From Octopus sinensis (taxonomy: Eukaryota): a stretch of DNA of 64,000 nucleotides. Position numbers and translations under genes: made by a program. Positions 36,115 to 49,018 of this stretch are shown here, piece by piece. The stretch spans positions 71,920,001 through 71,984,000 of the forward strand of contig NC_043004.1 in the NCBI RefSeq assembly GCF_006345805.1, written 5' to 3'. The first letter of the stretch is position 1. Every line of letters begins with the position of its first letter. Under the pieces are notes generated by a model. That model was not told the origin of the DNA and did not search any database. It worked only from the letters and a program-made list of their open reading frames with translations.

Positions 36115-37250
36115 GTAGCTCGCCGACTGTATATCTTTATTTGGCCACACAGGGGCTAACATAGAGGAGACAAACAAGGACAGAAAAACACAAAGGTGAG
36201 GAAAAAATAAAATCGAATGTAAAAAAGTTAATGATGAATGAATAGTGAGAACGACGTCAACTCGAACCGCACACTCCAGATAACTTCATTTAAACATTTT
36301 TAAAGAAAGTTTTACAAATCACTAGTCGTTTAATGGGGGTACGATTCCCACACAGAATGCAAACTATTCGCTCCTAACTGGAAAATAACACTAATACCAA
36401 GCCTGTTCAGTAGAACAATGATTAAAAAGACACTAACAATTTTTGTTTTAAACGAGGCAGTTCTAACGGAAACAACTGCAACAAAACAATGTCAGACAAT
36501 AAATATCCAACAGCAACTCCAAGGTGTAGCTCGCCGACAGTATTTCTTCATTTGGCCACAGAGGGCCTAATATAGAGAGGACAAACAAGGACAGACAAAA
36601 CACAAAAATGGGGGGAAATAGAATGGATGGAAAAGAATGGTAATGACAAATGAAATAGGGGAACGATGTCAACTCGAACCCCACACTCCAGATAACGTCA
36701 TCAAAAATTTTTAGAAAGATTTTTGAAGCAGTTGCTCTATTTTCGTCTCTTTATTTTTCTTGCTGCGTGTTGTGTGTGTTGTATACTGATTGTTCTTTTG
36801 GGGGTGACTTTCTTTTTCGTTTGCTGTCTGTGTTTGTAATGTTTTCTTGCGGTCGTATCTGTTTTTGTACGTTTGTTTTTGTGTCTTTGTCCTTGCTGTG
36901 TGTTATTTGTGTTCGTTTTTGGTGTATCTTTTTTCCTTTTTTTCTGTCTGCGTTTGTAATGTCGTTTGTCCGCATCCGTATGTGTTCTTGTACATTCGTT
37001 TTTCTCTTCTTCCTGCCTGCAACAGACCATTCCTCCTCACTTAACTCGGAAGATGTGGGTGGTCCAGCTCCTTCTGGCGCGCAATTCTCCTTCACCACTG
37101 TCTTCTACGTCTCTTCCTGCTTCTCTTCCCCCTCACCTCGAGCTTCCTCGTTCTACTTCTCTTGCTGTTCCTTTGGGCCATCCTGTCTTTTGCCTTGTAG
37201 TTCAGGTTCAAAAACAAGGATACAGAGTCACAGAAATTATAAATAAAAGT
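36115..37250 (-). mobile_element. LINE relic: ORF1-like basic region joined to two copies of a LINE 3' end
   Basis: ORF 36751-37098 (EEWSVAGRKKRK..., Lys/Thr-rich). ~200-bp direct repeats at 36115-36320 and 36527-36725 contain EVIW/DVIW and a tail shared with SINE family 2. Confidence 0.55.
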
Positions 37251-38172
37251 AAAACCTTACAGTATTGCGTTTGATTATAAATAAATAGAAAATACATCAA
37301 GTACAGGACATCACCAACGAGTGAAAATTAGGTAAACACTCGAGCGATACTTACAGGACGAATTACCAAAAAATATACACTAAGGAAAGGACACCATCAA
37401 TGAGAGAAAAATACGTAAACACAGGATCAGAGACAAGTAAGTGACAAAATGCCAAAAGAAGCCTAACCCTTCCCGTTGTCGACTGCTAATCACTCCCTAT
37501 TTCGAGACTTCAACGACAATATAGGAAAACTTTATAAAACAGCAGCATTTAGAAAGTGAAGAGAGAGAAGAGGAGATAACCAGATGTCGTCTCCCCTTGT
37601 AGACACAGGTTTTATTCGACCCTTAAGCATCTGATTAGCTCTACATAACTAAAAAATATAAACATAATTTCATTAAATCTGAAATATGAAACTTGGTTTG
37701 GGCCTTCTTTAACCCCTCCCCACCTCTAATATTATTAATAGTTTCTTGTCAATAGTAGTTTATATCCACTCCATCTACTATATATAAAACATCCACCAGA
37801 AGAATACATGTAGCTCTTTATAAAGGTTGTCAACAAGGGATTCCATCATAGCTCATAACGAATATAGTATTACCAGTTTAAACTTCCTTGATGATGGAGA
37901 CGGTGCTATTGTATAGAAGTCAACTTCATCTTTTTACCACTATGCCCTCAGAAACGGCCGTCGGATATAAACTTCTGGACTTTAAATTTCGATATCGATT
38001 TACTATAATTTCTACACTCTGATTTGAAGCGAATTATAAACCGTATGGATTTACAATACATTATATATTTTAATATCGTTTTGAAAAAAGTAAGTAGGAC
38101 TATATTTTTGTACATTCTTGATATGTTCTTAACATATTTTTAAATATTTATATCTATAAATGTTTAGCACAG

Positions 38173-38498
38173 GATTTGGTGTATATAATGATTGCAAAAC
38201 CGAACATATTTTGGTAACCTATCTTTTGTCACTCTTCATTAATTCTCATATTTTTCTATGGCTCAAATACATAGAGCGCTTCGATGGGCCCTATATAGAG
38301 AGGTAATTCTATCTCTGAAAGGATATATGGGAATATACACTTTAAATAAATGGACAGAATGTATATAAAAATATTATCAATGGAAAATTTCTGTGGACAT
38401 CTTCTGCATAAAAATCTGTTAAGTGCAAGCTAATATAATGTAACGAACAAAATTGAATAGTTAGTACGCTCGTTTTGACTATTCTTTATTCAGGAGGA
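38173..38498 (+). pseudogene. Decayed third paralog of the PAN exon (pseudogene C)
   Basis: CAG| at 38172 and |GTAATG at 38499; 326 nt versus 330/333 nt in genes B/A. Ordered remnants TEHIL, KYIERF, TEC, NFCGHL, CKL, LYSG match gene [15 protein letters not shown], (T/I)EC, NRCGYF, CKM, LYG/FSG. Contains stops and frameshifts. Confidence 0.6.
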
Positions 38499-39225
38499 GT
38501 AATGACACAGAAACATGTTCTGATTGTCACCCATCCTCACAATTAATTGAAACGTACAACTTAAGCTTTCATAAATTAAGGTTTTCAGAGGGTTCTTTTG
38601 AAGTAACGATAATAGGATTGTCTTCCAACTACGGGAGTAGTTCCAACTGATGAATAGTTTCTGGACACAGCATTACGTATTTTAATTTCCATCAAACTGT
38701 ATTGAAAAATAAGCATCTAGTTGGTTTGGGAGCCTTCAATCTTCATACATTACTCTATTACACTTCATGAGAAAGCCCAACTTTAAGCGGTTGATCAAAG
38801 TATTAGAAATTACAGCCAATTCTTTATTATATCACACTTTACGAATTCAGAACATATTTGAATTATAATCTAACGATCATTATTTAGAATGATCTCTACT
38901 TCACACTGAAAAAGGAAAAAGGGTCAGATGAACTTTCCTATTTTGTTTTGTTTTTGATGAAAAAAAGCTATTAGATAAAAGTTCAAACAAATCTATGACT
39001 AAACAACAATAACAACAAAACTATGATGCCATGATTCCAAGATCTATGTCTTCCATTCCAGTGACATATGCATCTCTCAATCCTCTGATTTTACCCTAAA
39101 TCATTTCTTAATTCTCCAGCAATTTTCTTTTTTTTTTATTCGTAACGTGTGTAAATTATTTATAGTACATTAAGAAGAAGCAAACCGCAATTTATATACA
39201 CACCAAAAGAAAAAAAAATTAATAA

Positions 39226-39465
39226 GTGCGCCCTTCGAAAGGCTCATGGGCCTGGTTTCCCGGTTTCTATGGCGTATGTGTACCCCAGCTGAACTGGTCG
39301 CCAGTCCATCGCAGCGTTACTCATTTTTGCCAGCTGAGTGAACTGGAGCAACGTGAAATGAAGTTTATTGCTCAAGAACCCAACGCCTCGCCCGGTCCAG
39401 GAATCGAAACCACAATCTTACGATCATGGTGCTGATACCCTAACCACAAAGCCACGTGCCTCCAC
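39226..39465 (-). mobile_element. tRNA-head SINE family 3
   Basis: Minus-strand A-box GTGGCTTTGTGGTTAGGG and B-box GGTTTCGATTCC, body CACGTTGCTCCAGTTCACTCAGCTGGCAAAAATGAGTA. Homologous to 49530-49830. Confidence 0.8.
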
Positions 39466-39499
39466 TTGTATACACAAATATCACCTAAAATGTTCATGA

Positions 39500-40217
39500 T
39501 TTGACCAAGATACTGTCATAAAATGAGACCCAATGAGAGTTACGTTTCAACGCAACCATTCTGGTGTGCTTTTGGTCAGTTGCCACAAGATGTGACACCC
39601 ACCAAGCAGAAATATTCGCCATGACAAGTTCATTGCGCAGAATATTCTCAATTCTTTCACGGTATATACTAATAGCATTATTTGATTTATAGCCAATCGC
39701 CTCTCATTCATCATCATGTGGTGAACACAATCAAGGTTTTCCTCGGTGGTGGCCGTTGCAAGACGTCCAGGTTTTCAAGTCTCTTCCTAGATTCAGCTGG
39801 CAACTGTTGATAAAGCTGGAGCGTCATCCCCTAATATAGCAACTATTTTAGCATGAATGTCCTTTGAGATTAAACCCTTTTTCTATAGATCATACCACGA
39901 AGCCAAATTGTGTCCACGTTCAAGAGATGTCGCTAATTTTTACTTTTGAAGTCGTCGTGGAACACTCAGATATCAGTTTACCTGGAACTAAACAATGCAG
40001 TTATTTATAAAATATGTTGAAAGACTTCACAGCCCCAGTATCACGCCTTCAGAGCCCCAGCATCATCCTTCAGATCCCTAGCATCACACCTTCAGAGCCC
40101 TAGCATCACACCTTCACAGCCCTAGCATCACACCTTCACAGCCCTAGCATCACACCTTCACAGACCTAGCATCACACCTTCAGAGTCAGTTTATGAACTT
40201 TTCAGTCAACTCCCGCA
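39500..40217 (-). mobile_element. Deleted mariner (N-terminal transposase relic)
   Basis: KKGLISKDIHAKIVAILGDDAPALSTV...PGRLATATTEENLDCVHHMMMNERRL...ISAWWVSHL (cf. WVP.L). TIR-like CTGAAAAGTTC at ~40200. Confidence 0.7.
40029..40181 (+). repeat. 22-bp minisatellite, 7 units
   Basis: Consensus A(C/G)AGCCCTAGCATCACACCTTC, head to tail with no spacers. Confidence 0.95.
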
Positions 40218-40869
40218 AATGGCAAGTTTATCGACCGTAGGAAACGTTAGCATTCAAAGTATGTATGATGAGGGTCAGGGCTAAAAGAACAAGGCACAAT
40301 TAAAATACATACAGAAATGATATTCGTGCGCTAATTAAAATGTGAATTTGTTAAGTCTGTGCATGTATCGAGGCGGTGTATATTATTGACTTTTCTTTTA
40401 AACTGAAATCTTAGGCATGTCTCTATTTGAACAGGATCTTAACTTCCTACATTTTAACCTTGACCACATCTCTGAAGATTTCATTAATTATAAATATTGC
40501 TGTGCAATATTAAAAATTAAACAAATTGCAAGTAATCAATATAATGGTTCGATTAGTTTCTTTGTAAACATCGGTAGTTAGGGCTGGACATTGATTGGCA
40601 AAGCTAATATACTTGGTGGTAAAAGTATTTTCTTCTATATAGAGAGAATGAAGAAACAGCCTAAGATCACAAATTTAAGAAAGTGTTAACGAAAGTGAAA
40701 TAGCGAATGACAACTTAAAGAGGTACATGGGAAGTAAATTCAAGTTGTTGATCTATCTTAACTTAGCGTTTAAAGAACACAACATCTCTTTCGAAAGCAG
40801 AGAGAAAGAAATCCTTTTTTCAGTGTCTGAATTTTTATCTTCAATTGTGAAAACCAGGATAAAAGATTG

Positions 40870-41022
40870 TAAAAATAAACCTGTTCATCGAACTGGAGAA
40901 GAGAAGAATTTTAAAGAAGCTGAAGGTATTCTGGTCAGTGGGACACTTCAGGTTGGTCGAATTTCAACTAAAAGTGAAGAAGTTACTACTAAGCAATTCT
41001 GTAACAGTCATGAATCTTAAAG
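40870..41022 (+). other. Gene B upstream exon (mostly 5' UTR; in-frame ATG at 41010 would add MNLKG; 5' boundary approximate)
   Basis: Perfect AAG|GTAAGT donor, homology to 25807-25960, and phase-1 compatibility with the acceptor at 44908. Confidence 0.65.
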
Positions 41023-42050
41023 GTAAGTGAATTAATATAATTAGGAATCGAATGAGAGATAATAACTACAATTGTTTCTAGAATTCTCTTTTGAAGATAC
41101 TATAACGGATATGTGCTTTCATGGCATTAAATTTGCCATTATCATTTCCTAATTTTGAAAAGAGTGGAAAGGAAAACGATGGGTTTGTAGAAATCATAGT
41201 TCCACTGATAAAATATATCTAATGTTCAGTCACGTACTTTTACATTCTCATTTCGTATCCCACGCAATTGTCTTTTCCACTGTCTGTTTCGTCTGCGGCT
41301 TGTGTCTGAGATAGAAACCATAATTGTTTCTAGATGAAGAGCAGTGAATGAAGGAATATGTCAGTCAATTCCTCGAACTAAATGCAACTAGTCTTTCTTC
41401 GACTTTCCCTTTCGTATGTAACGAGATGATAATAAAAGCGCAAATAATATACAGAAAGCTAGTCCATTCGATTATATATTTTTACCATAGAAAATCTTGG
41501 CCATGTAAATATGTAAGAAATAACTATTATTTCTAGCTAACGAGTAATATTTAACAATAAAAATCGAAAAAAGTTGATATCAGTAATAACAACAATACAA
41601 CGTTGTTGAAATAGTAATATTTGAAGGCATGGAGCGGTTGAAGACAACATTTCTTCTGAACAATGTAACACTTTGTCTACATCTGGATATGAACTTATAC
41701 AATCTTATAAATATTACTCGATTCATTGTCTCATGTTTCACTTTAAACCCTTCGCTTCTGTTTGTTTCTGCAAATATTTCATTCCAAATAGAATTAGAAG
41801 TATATTATTTATCTATACAAGGATTGGATCCCAACATTATGGAATGTCTTCACTAAGACGAAGATATACCACACATATATTTCATTGACTTAGCAGTGGA
41901 TTCAACGTCCAGTTATAGAGAATGCGTAAGAAATTATGTTGAAGGAATCTTAGCAAGTAATCTTTCTCGAAGAACGTATTATGATTTCCACTGTTAATTT
42001 TGATTTCAAATTCAGATGAGATAGACTTTGCCGCGTATTGAAATAAGCTC

Positions 42051-42089
<39 letters not shown>

Positions 42090-42094
42090 TATAT

Positions 42095-44110
42095 CTTTGT
42101 CTCTTTCTCTCTTTTTCTTCGTAGTAGTCTCTGTCCGTGATTGCTATCGCCCCCACCTTTGTCAGGTTTTTTTTTAGAATGATTGAATTGTCGTTCTTTA
42201 GTTTTGTAACGCTTCCTTTTCACCTTCATGAAGATTCTGTTTGCATTTATGGGTTCTGACAGGGAATTTCGAGATTGTTTCTACGTATGTATCTAGGTCT
42301 TTATCGCTCCCCTTGTAAGGGGTGACAGGAGATTTTTTCCTATGAGTGATTCCTCCCCTACTTTCTTGTTGTTGAAAAATTCTATAAGACGGAGATGACG
42401 GTTGAAGTTCTTAATATTGAGTTTTCTATGAGATTCGGAGTGGGTGTCGGGGTAACTTTGAAACCTTTCAGTAAGAGACTCATTTCATTTTCGTTGAGGT
42501 CTCTATTTGATAACTTTATAATTTTAGAGTCTATGTGTTTTGTGGGTTCATTAGGAACATCTGTTGCATTGGGTCCAGAGCGCGGTTGTAGTCTTTTCTC
42601 CCTAGAAAGGGGTTTTGACGTGACGTCCCCAATTTCTATATCTGGGGTTCAGGCTTCCTTATGAGTGCGGTAACGGTTCATGTTGTCTCTATATATTTCG
42701 TTGTCCATAGGAGTTGCCTTCAAACCTTCTCTTACGTTTGTTGGTCCGTGTAATATTGGTGGTCATATATCGTGGGTTTCTTGAGTTTTCATTATAATTT
42801 TTTCTATTATAGTCTCTGTGATTTTTTTGTCTCGCATTTGTCTTTCGTGTCCATCCCTCTAGTTGTTTGTATTTGGCTTGTCTTTCTTATCATGTATTCC
42901 TCCATCTAGAATATTTGGTTGACGGTTGTTTATAATTTGTGCCTTTGTTCATCGTAGTATGAAGGTTTGGTATTGTAGAAAACAGATTTCTAATCTGTAT
43001 TTCAGATGAGTTGGGGGGGTCTGTCCGCATATGTTTTTAGACGTCTCGCGGTCCGATACTCTTGTTTCGATCCTCTGGGTGTCGGTTTTCCTGTACTTTT
43101 TTGTTGCGGTGGTTTTGTTTTCATTATGGATTTTTCCCCATAGAATTTTCATAGTGAACCACTCCTGTTGATTTTTCCCACATTCTTATACATACTTTTT
43201 CTTTCCTTTTGGTGTCTTCTTTCCGTAGTTGTTGGAGCTTTTCTTGATTTTGGTTGTCATTTCTTTCGGATATTTTGGAAAATATGATTGTATCAATTGT
43301 TGTGACTTTCTCTTCCTGTCGTGGTTTTCGTGATTGGAGAAAAGATAGTTCTGCCTCTAGTCAGCATAGTGCTAAGTTTGCACGTATCATTGTTTCTTCT
43401 CGTGTTTCGCCTTTTATTTATGTAATAACGAATTTCCTAGGGAGGATTGACTTCTTCTTTCGCCACTTTTGGTATGTTTTAGGTATGTTGTTGCAACGAA
43501 TATTCTTCCAATTAGCCAGTTTGCGTTGAGTCAAGAGCTTGTTCCATAGTTGTAATTTAAAGGTATTTGGTTTTGTATGTCAATACCTGTTTCTTATCTG
43601 CTCGATGTTCTTTGGGGTAGAGGTGGTTAATTTGTAGAATTTTTATTGCTTTTTCTTGTTGTTTGAGTATTTTTAAGGAGGTTACTTTGTGCATCGATAT
43701 CATTCATTGCTTTGTCTATAATGGTGAACATTGTATCAATTTTTCGGAGAAGTAAGTTTAGCTCACTGGATATTTCAGTGAAGTAAGCTTCTGAATTTTT
43801 GGTGTCTCTCGATTATGGGTTTGATTCTGCACAATTCATTTTGATGTTGGATATTTCTCTGAGATCTTCGGAATTTCTGGTATCCCTCGGTTGTGGGTTT
43901 AGTTATATTCCATCCATTCAGATGTTGGAGGTGTGTACGTGTGTATGTTTATAAATGTATGTTTATATATATAATTCCTGTGTGGGTGTATATTGAACTC
44001 AAAAAATGTCAAAAGACAACATCTGGTTTTTCAATTAAAACCATCACCAGTTGTAATACAAACATTCTTTATCCTTGCGCTTCTTTTTCCTCCCCAACAT
44101 TAAAGGGCCA
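42095..44110 (-). mobile_element. 5' portion of a decayed PLE
   Basis: Minus-strand NLHEGEKEALQN...TKVGAIAITDRDYY matches the PLE NL..E..AL...DKGGA.VI.D..Y motif. Long degraded upstream ORF and a dead HHR-like stem near 44020-44060. Confidence 0.65.
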
Positions 44111-44344
44111 TTAAGTAGTAAACAGACGAGTCTCACTATACAAAAGCGATGTCACTTTACCGCCTTCTCAAAAAAATCTCTTCCTTCTCCTCCCCTGCTT
44201 AGCAATCCCCAGAAAATTATTTTTGAAAAATCCGATAACGGAAGGAAGCGTTAAAAATGTAAATAAGATATATATAATCATCCAACATTCCAACTACGTC
44301 ATTATTCTAAATATACAATATCGGTACATCACTTCAAACCTCTG

Positions 44345-44355
44345 TATATACACAC

Positions 44356-44403
<48 letters not shown>

Positions 44404-44411
44404 ACATACAC

Positions 44412-44444
<33 letters not shown>

Positions 44445-44459
44445 CATGTATACATACAC

Positions 44460-44492
<33 letters not shown>

Positions 44493-44507
44493 CATGTATA
44501 CATACAC

Positions 44508-44538
<31 letters not shown>

Positions 44539-44553
44539 CATGTATACATACAC

Positions 44554-44586
<33 letters not shown>

Positions 44587-44601
44587 CATGTATACATACA
44601 C

Positions 44602-44634
<33 letters not shown>

Positions 44635-44649
44635 CATGTATACATACAC

Positions 44650-44680
<31 letters not shown>

Positions 44681-44759
44681 CATGTATACATACACATATA
44701 TATATATACATATATATATATACATACATGTATACATACACATATATATATATATATAC

Positions 44760-44833
<74 letters not shown>

Positions 44834-44837
44834 ACAT

Positions 44838-44890
<53 letters not shown>
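44345..44890. repeat. (TA)n/(CA)n microsatellite with a ~46-bp higher-order unit
   Basis: Repeated TACATGTATACATACACATATATATATATATACATATATATATATA units. Confidence 0.95.
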
Positions 44891-44891
<1 letters not shown>

Positions 44892-44910
44892 TTGTATTTT
44901 TTTTTCAGGA

Positions 44911-45238
44911 ATGGAAACGTCAAATCAAAACCATATGATTCTCAGTCGTCTGCAAGTTTTCGCAATTATTTTGCTCGTGATCTTTAGAACTAGTGAGCCA
45001 AACAATGACGGACAACTTTTCCGGAAGACATCCACGTCAGTATGCTGGACATTTCCAGTGGTAGCAACCGAATATACCTCATCCGTCACAGAATGTTCAG
45101 TACGGTGTATGATGAATGACAAGTGTGATTATTTTAGCTATTGTAATGGACCGTGCAAAATGCATAAATTGTTGTACAGCGACGAACTTGGGAATGCTGC
45201 ATGCAATTGTTTATCTTTCATCAGGTTCTCTGGAAGCA
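44911..45238 (+). CDS. Gene B coding exon 1: signal peptide + PAN/apple-like domain
   Basis: TTTTTTTCAG|GA ATG and A|GTGAGT. 328 coding nt, identical to gene [31 protein letters not shown]...[29 protein letters not shown]...CNC. Confidence 0.88.
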
Positions 45239-46276
45239 GTGAGTAAAATCAGATTTTCTTTTATGTATGTATCTGTGTGTCTGATTAACTGTGTTTTCGA
45301 GCATATTACAATAATATTACTAAATGAATGAGTTCATTTATCTCTCCATGCTTTCTCTGACTTATTCACTAAACTATTCCAGTTCATTAATCAGATTACA
45401 TTTTTGTACATGTACTAAGTGGTTCTCTCTTTACAGTTTCAAATAAAGAAATATCACTGACAAATAAAGAAATATCTCTCTTTACAGTTTAGACAAGTGC
45501 ATAAAAGACAATACTTTGCTTTAAAAAGGTCATAAAATTATCGTAACTTGTCAGGCATTAATTTCCGTTTCTCACAAAATAATTAAAATTACATCATTTA
45601 AAGACTATTATCGCGTATTTTTCTTTCACAACTGAATCATTTGTAGTTAACATTTTATAATTCTTGCATTCAATATTTTAACACAAAACAAACTATTGAT
45701 TTTCGTGCAGATGGTGTCGATAAGAACTATTTTAGTTTTTCTATTTATATCGTCATTATCTTTATCAATTTGTCTTTATTCATAATTCTTTCAATAGAAT
45801 ATTTTATCGATTTATTGTCAGACCTACTGTGGTCGATCGACCTGCTTGAAATATAAAACAAACCTCCCTGATATTTCATCCTATCATTTTGAAAAGAATG
45901 GTAAACACTACATTATTTTGTTCAAGATACGAAATTTATAACATACGGACGGGATGGTCATGGCTAGAACAACTTTTCCTATAAGTTTTCTCAATCGGCG
46001 TTGATATGGTGCTAAATAACAACAACTACGTTCTCGTATTTCATTTGAATACCAAATTCTGAAATTAGTGAAATAGAAACGAAAAATCAAAAATGTTTAA
46101 ATGAATCTTGGGAAAATTTTATATCGAATATAAAAATAAAGATTTCTAAATAAAAGTAATAGTTTCACTCTACTGTATAACAAATTAACATATTTCTTTC
46201 AAAGTCTTAATAAAATTTCTTAAAGAGTTTGTCCCTTCCTTTACATTTAAATCATTACTATTCATGACTCATACAG

Positions 46277-46368
46277 GTTCAGGCTGGCAGAAAATATTCG
46301 TGTTCAACAAAACGTCGGTTGATAAGAGTCCTATTTATAAAGACTGGGAGATTTTGCCTATTGACAAG
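46277..46368 (+). CDS. Gene B coding exon 2 (92 nt, phase 1-0)
   Basis: ACAG|GT...AAG|GTAATA. Reads SGWQKIFVFNKTSVDKSPIYKDWEILPIDK. Confidence 0.85.
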
Positions 46369-46637
46369 GTAATACATTTTCAAAATTTCATTATGATTAT
46401 CATTTAATAAACAGTTTACATAGCTGTCAACTATTGTCTTGGGTGTGATCACTTTTATATTTTCCTCTCGATATTGCCATTGTATATCTAATTCAATTTC
46501 TTGATGTTGTTGACGCTGTTGGTGTTTGAACCACGCGTTCCAGGCTGACTCAGTTTGGCTCCTTCAAGTCCTATAGTATTTGCTTCGGCATCCATACACA
46601 TATACAAAAACAATCACACTTACGTATACATACACAC

Positions 46638-46677
<40 letters not shown>

Positions 46678-46678
<1 letters not shown>

Positions 46679-46869
46679 GGGGGAGAGTTCACGAAAAAAC
46701 AAATGACGAAGACAGGTGGTGTACAAAACAAACAGATGTATTAGTATAACGCTCAGGAATAGAAAAAGTCTTTTACGTTTCGAACCTACGCTCTTCTACA
46801 GAAAAGGACACAGAAAAAAAAACAAGGAGAGAAATAAGGAGAGAAAAAATGTGTAGCGGCTACCGATCT

Positions 46870-46873
<4 letters not shown>
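46678..46873 (-). mobile_element. Solo pLTR of PLE family 1 between microsatellites
   Basis: Homologous to 19869-20045 and 3000-3206. Confidence 0.8.
46770..46806 (-). ncRNA. Hammerhead-like motif, family 1
   Basis: TTTT-CTGTAGA-A-GAGC(GTAG)GTTC-GAA-ACGT-A-AAAG. Confidence 0.6.
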
Positions 46874-46956
<83 letters not shown>

Positions 46957-48485
46957 ACATTTGGGCACTACGCACGCGCGCACAAGCTGACACAGAAATA
47001 AACACGCCCACAAATATTCTTATTTGGTTATATTTTTTACCGAGAAAGCTCAAAGATAGATAACCGTAAATACTTAGCAACTAAAATGTTCAACCAACGA
47101 GAGAAACTCCATGCAATCGTTTGGTTTCATGGAAATATCAGACAAATCTACTACAAATCAGAAAATATCTAATCTTGAGTACTGTTTCCTGAGAAGCAAC
47201 ATTTTGTGAAAGTTCAAGATTGGAACATCTTGGGTCATATGTCATCCTCCACGAAAAATATTCAAAGGTCAACTTTGCCTTTCACTACAACAAGAATCGA
47301 TAAAATAATGTGACAAATGTGAAATCGTTAAGACGAAGCAATGTAGATAGCAACATAGATAGCAATGTAGCCAAAAGGTTCTTATACCAAGTATGGTCAT
47401 GGTTCTGCTGGTTTTAAGGATCGCAGCAACGCTTCTCCTTGTAAAAGTCTGAGGAGGGAGAGAATGAGAGAGAGGGAGGGAGAAAGAGAAACCCAAAGTG
47501 ATGTAGAATGTGATTGTTCTTTATTGATTCTATTGATTTTGAGATCTTGGAGTGTAAGGACGTTTGTTGGATGTCTGGTTCAAAGAAACTCCCTTTCTTG
47601 GGAATGGGAGACACCATCGCAGTTTTTAAAGATTAGGACAACTCATTTGTGTAGGTAAATACTGGAGATTTTGATAAGCAGAAAAAGCTAGCTCTGGAAT
47701 GTTTTGGTTGATGATGAATGGAAATAACTCTGTCAGGTTTTGCAAATAGCCCGGTTGACTTTTTAATATTCAGAGAAATATGTACATCATGAAGAAACTG
47801 GCGGAAAAGAACAGGGGAGTTTGAAGTGTATGTTGTTGTTGTTGTTGTTACGACTTAGCTCTGGGTTTAGCTTATTCAATTCCACATTCCTCTTTGAAGA
47901 GAGGAGAGTGTAATTGTATTGAAATATAACTGCTACATTTAGTAGGCCGAGTGACATTCTCGGCCATTATATATTTGTTGGTGTGTATGTGTAACAATAA
48001 GCATGTTTTGGCACATGTGTCTATAAGCGTATATATGAGTATGTAAGAAATTATATGCGTGTGCAGTGTCGGAACATAAATGGGCAACAAATGCAGTGAA
48101 ATTAAATATGGCGGAAGGAACTATATGGGTTACAAGATTTTAAAAAATTCGATTTTTGAAATTTAATGTAAATTCATTAAGAAAGAGAACACAAGACTCA
48201 GGAAATGTTCCAGAGACAAGACAGGATTCGACCAAGTCAATGTCTGAAAACACTATTTGTCTTTCTGGTAGTCGTCTGATTAAAGATGTTCTAGGAAATA
48301 AACATTTTCTTAACAGTAGTTGGTGACGTTCTATACCGTTCTTGTTGAGTGGAAATTTCTTCACTCACAGAAGTGGGAATTTGATCACAAATCAAAACAT
48401 TTTTCTGCTTACCTAAGTCTTCTCTTATACTCTTACCTTGAAACGGGACAACTGAGACGCTAAAGAAAACATTTTTGATATACAA

Positions 48486-49001
48486 CTAGCAGTATCGCCC
48501 GGCGTTGCTCGGGTTTGTAAGGGAAATAACTATATAAGCATTTTTAGAAACTTACTTCCCTTATAGATGCCAATTCGGGCTTTCTTAGCCATTTCTGTTT
48601 TGGTGTCTTCAAGCCATGAAGTCGTTGTTCTAAAAGAACGCTGGTCTCCTTGACAACGCTTTACGACATTGATTTCCTTACACTCCCTTCCCCATAGCTT
48701 CACGAGGGAGGGAAGAAGGGGGAGAAGCAAACACAGGTGCAGGTGTTTGAGCGTGGACGCCAACTTCGCCGTCATCGACACACGAAAATTATGCATTAAA
48801 ATGGAATAAAAAATGATGTTAAATTATTTTTAAAATCGTAGACTCATCGTAGACGCGCGCTAATAGCCAGACGGGCTCGATATTAATCACGACTATAAGA
48901 TACCCGAATTTGGTTAAACTGCACCGCAAAATGTGGGAGGAGTTAGGAATCTAAATCGAAGGGGACAGACACTCACACAACTAGAGTTTTATATATATAG
49001 A
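48486..49001 (-). mobile_element. Complete non-autonomous Helitron
   Basis: 5' A|TCTATATATATAAAAC, 3' hairpin CCCGAGCAACGCCGGG followed by CTAG|T; inserted between A and T. Confidence 0.85.
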
Positions 49002-49018
49002 TATATCCCTTTGACTAA

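Noticed and set aside
37745-37850. Minus-strand YMYSSGGCFIYSRWSG resembling gene [15 protein letters not shown]
   Set aside because: Upstream spacing is inconsistent and there is no splice donor. A tblastn check would settle it, but it is not supportable now.
40029-40181. CRISPR-like regular repeats
   Set aside because: Contiguous 22-bp units without spacers in eukaryotic DNA; this is a minisatellite.
40727-41020. 97-aa ORF as an independent protein
   Set aside because: It overlaps gene B's upstream exon out of frame, has no recognisable domain and has no Met-initiated counterpart in gene A. At most it is a uORF.
44017-44065. HHR-like CTGGTGA-TGGTTTT/AAAACCA-GA motif (minus strand)
   Set aside because: The core is mutated and stem III is missing, so it is a non-functional fossil at best.
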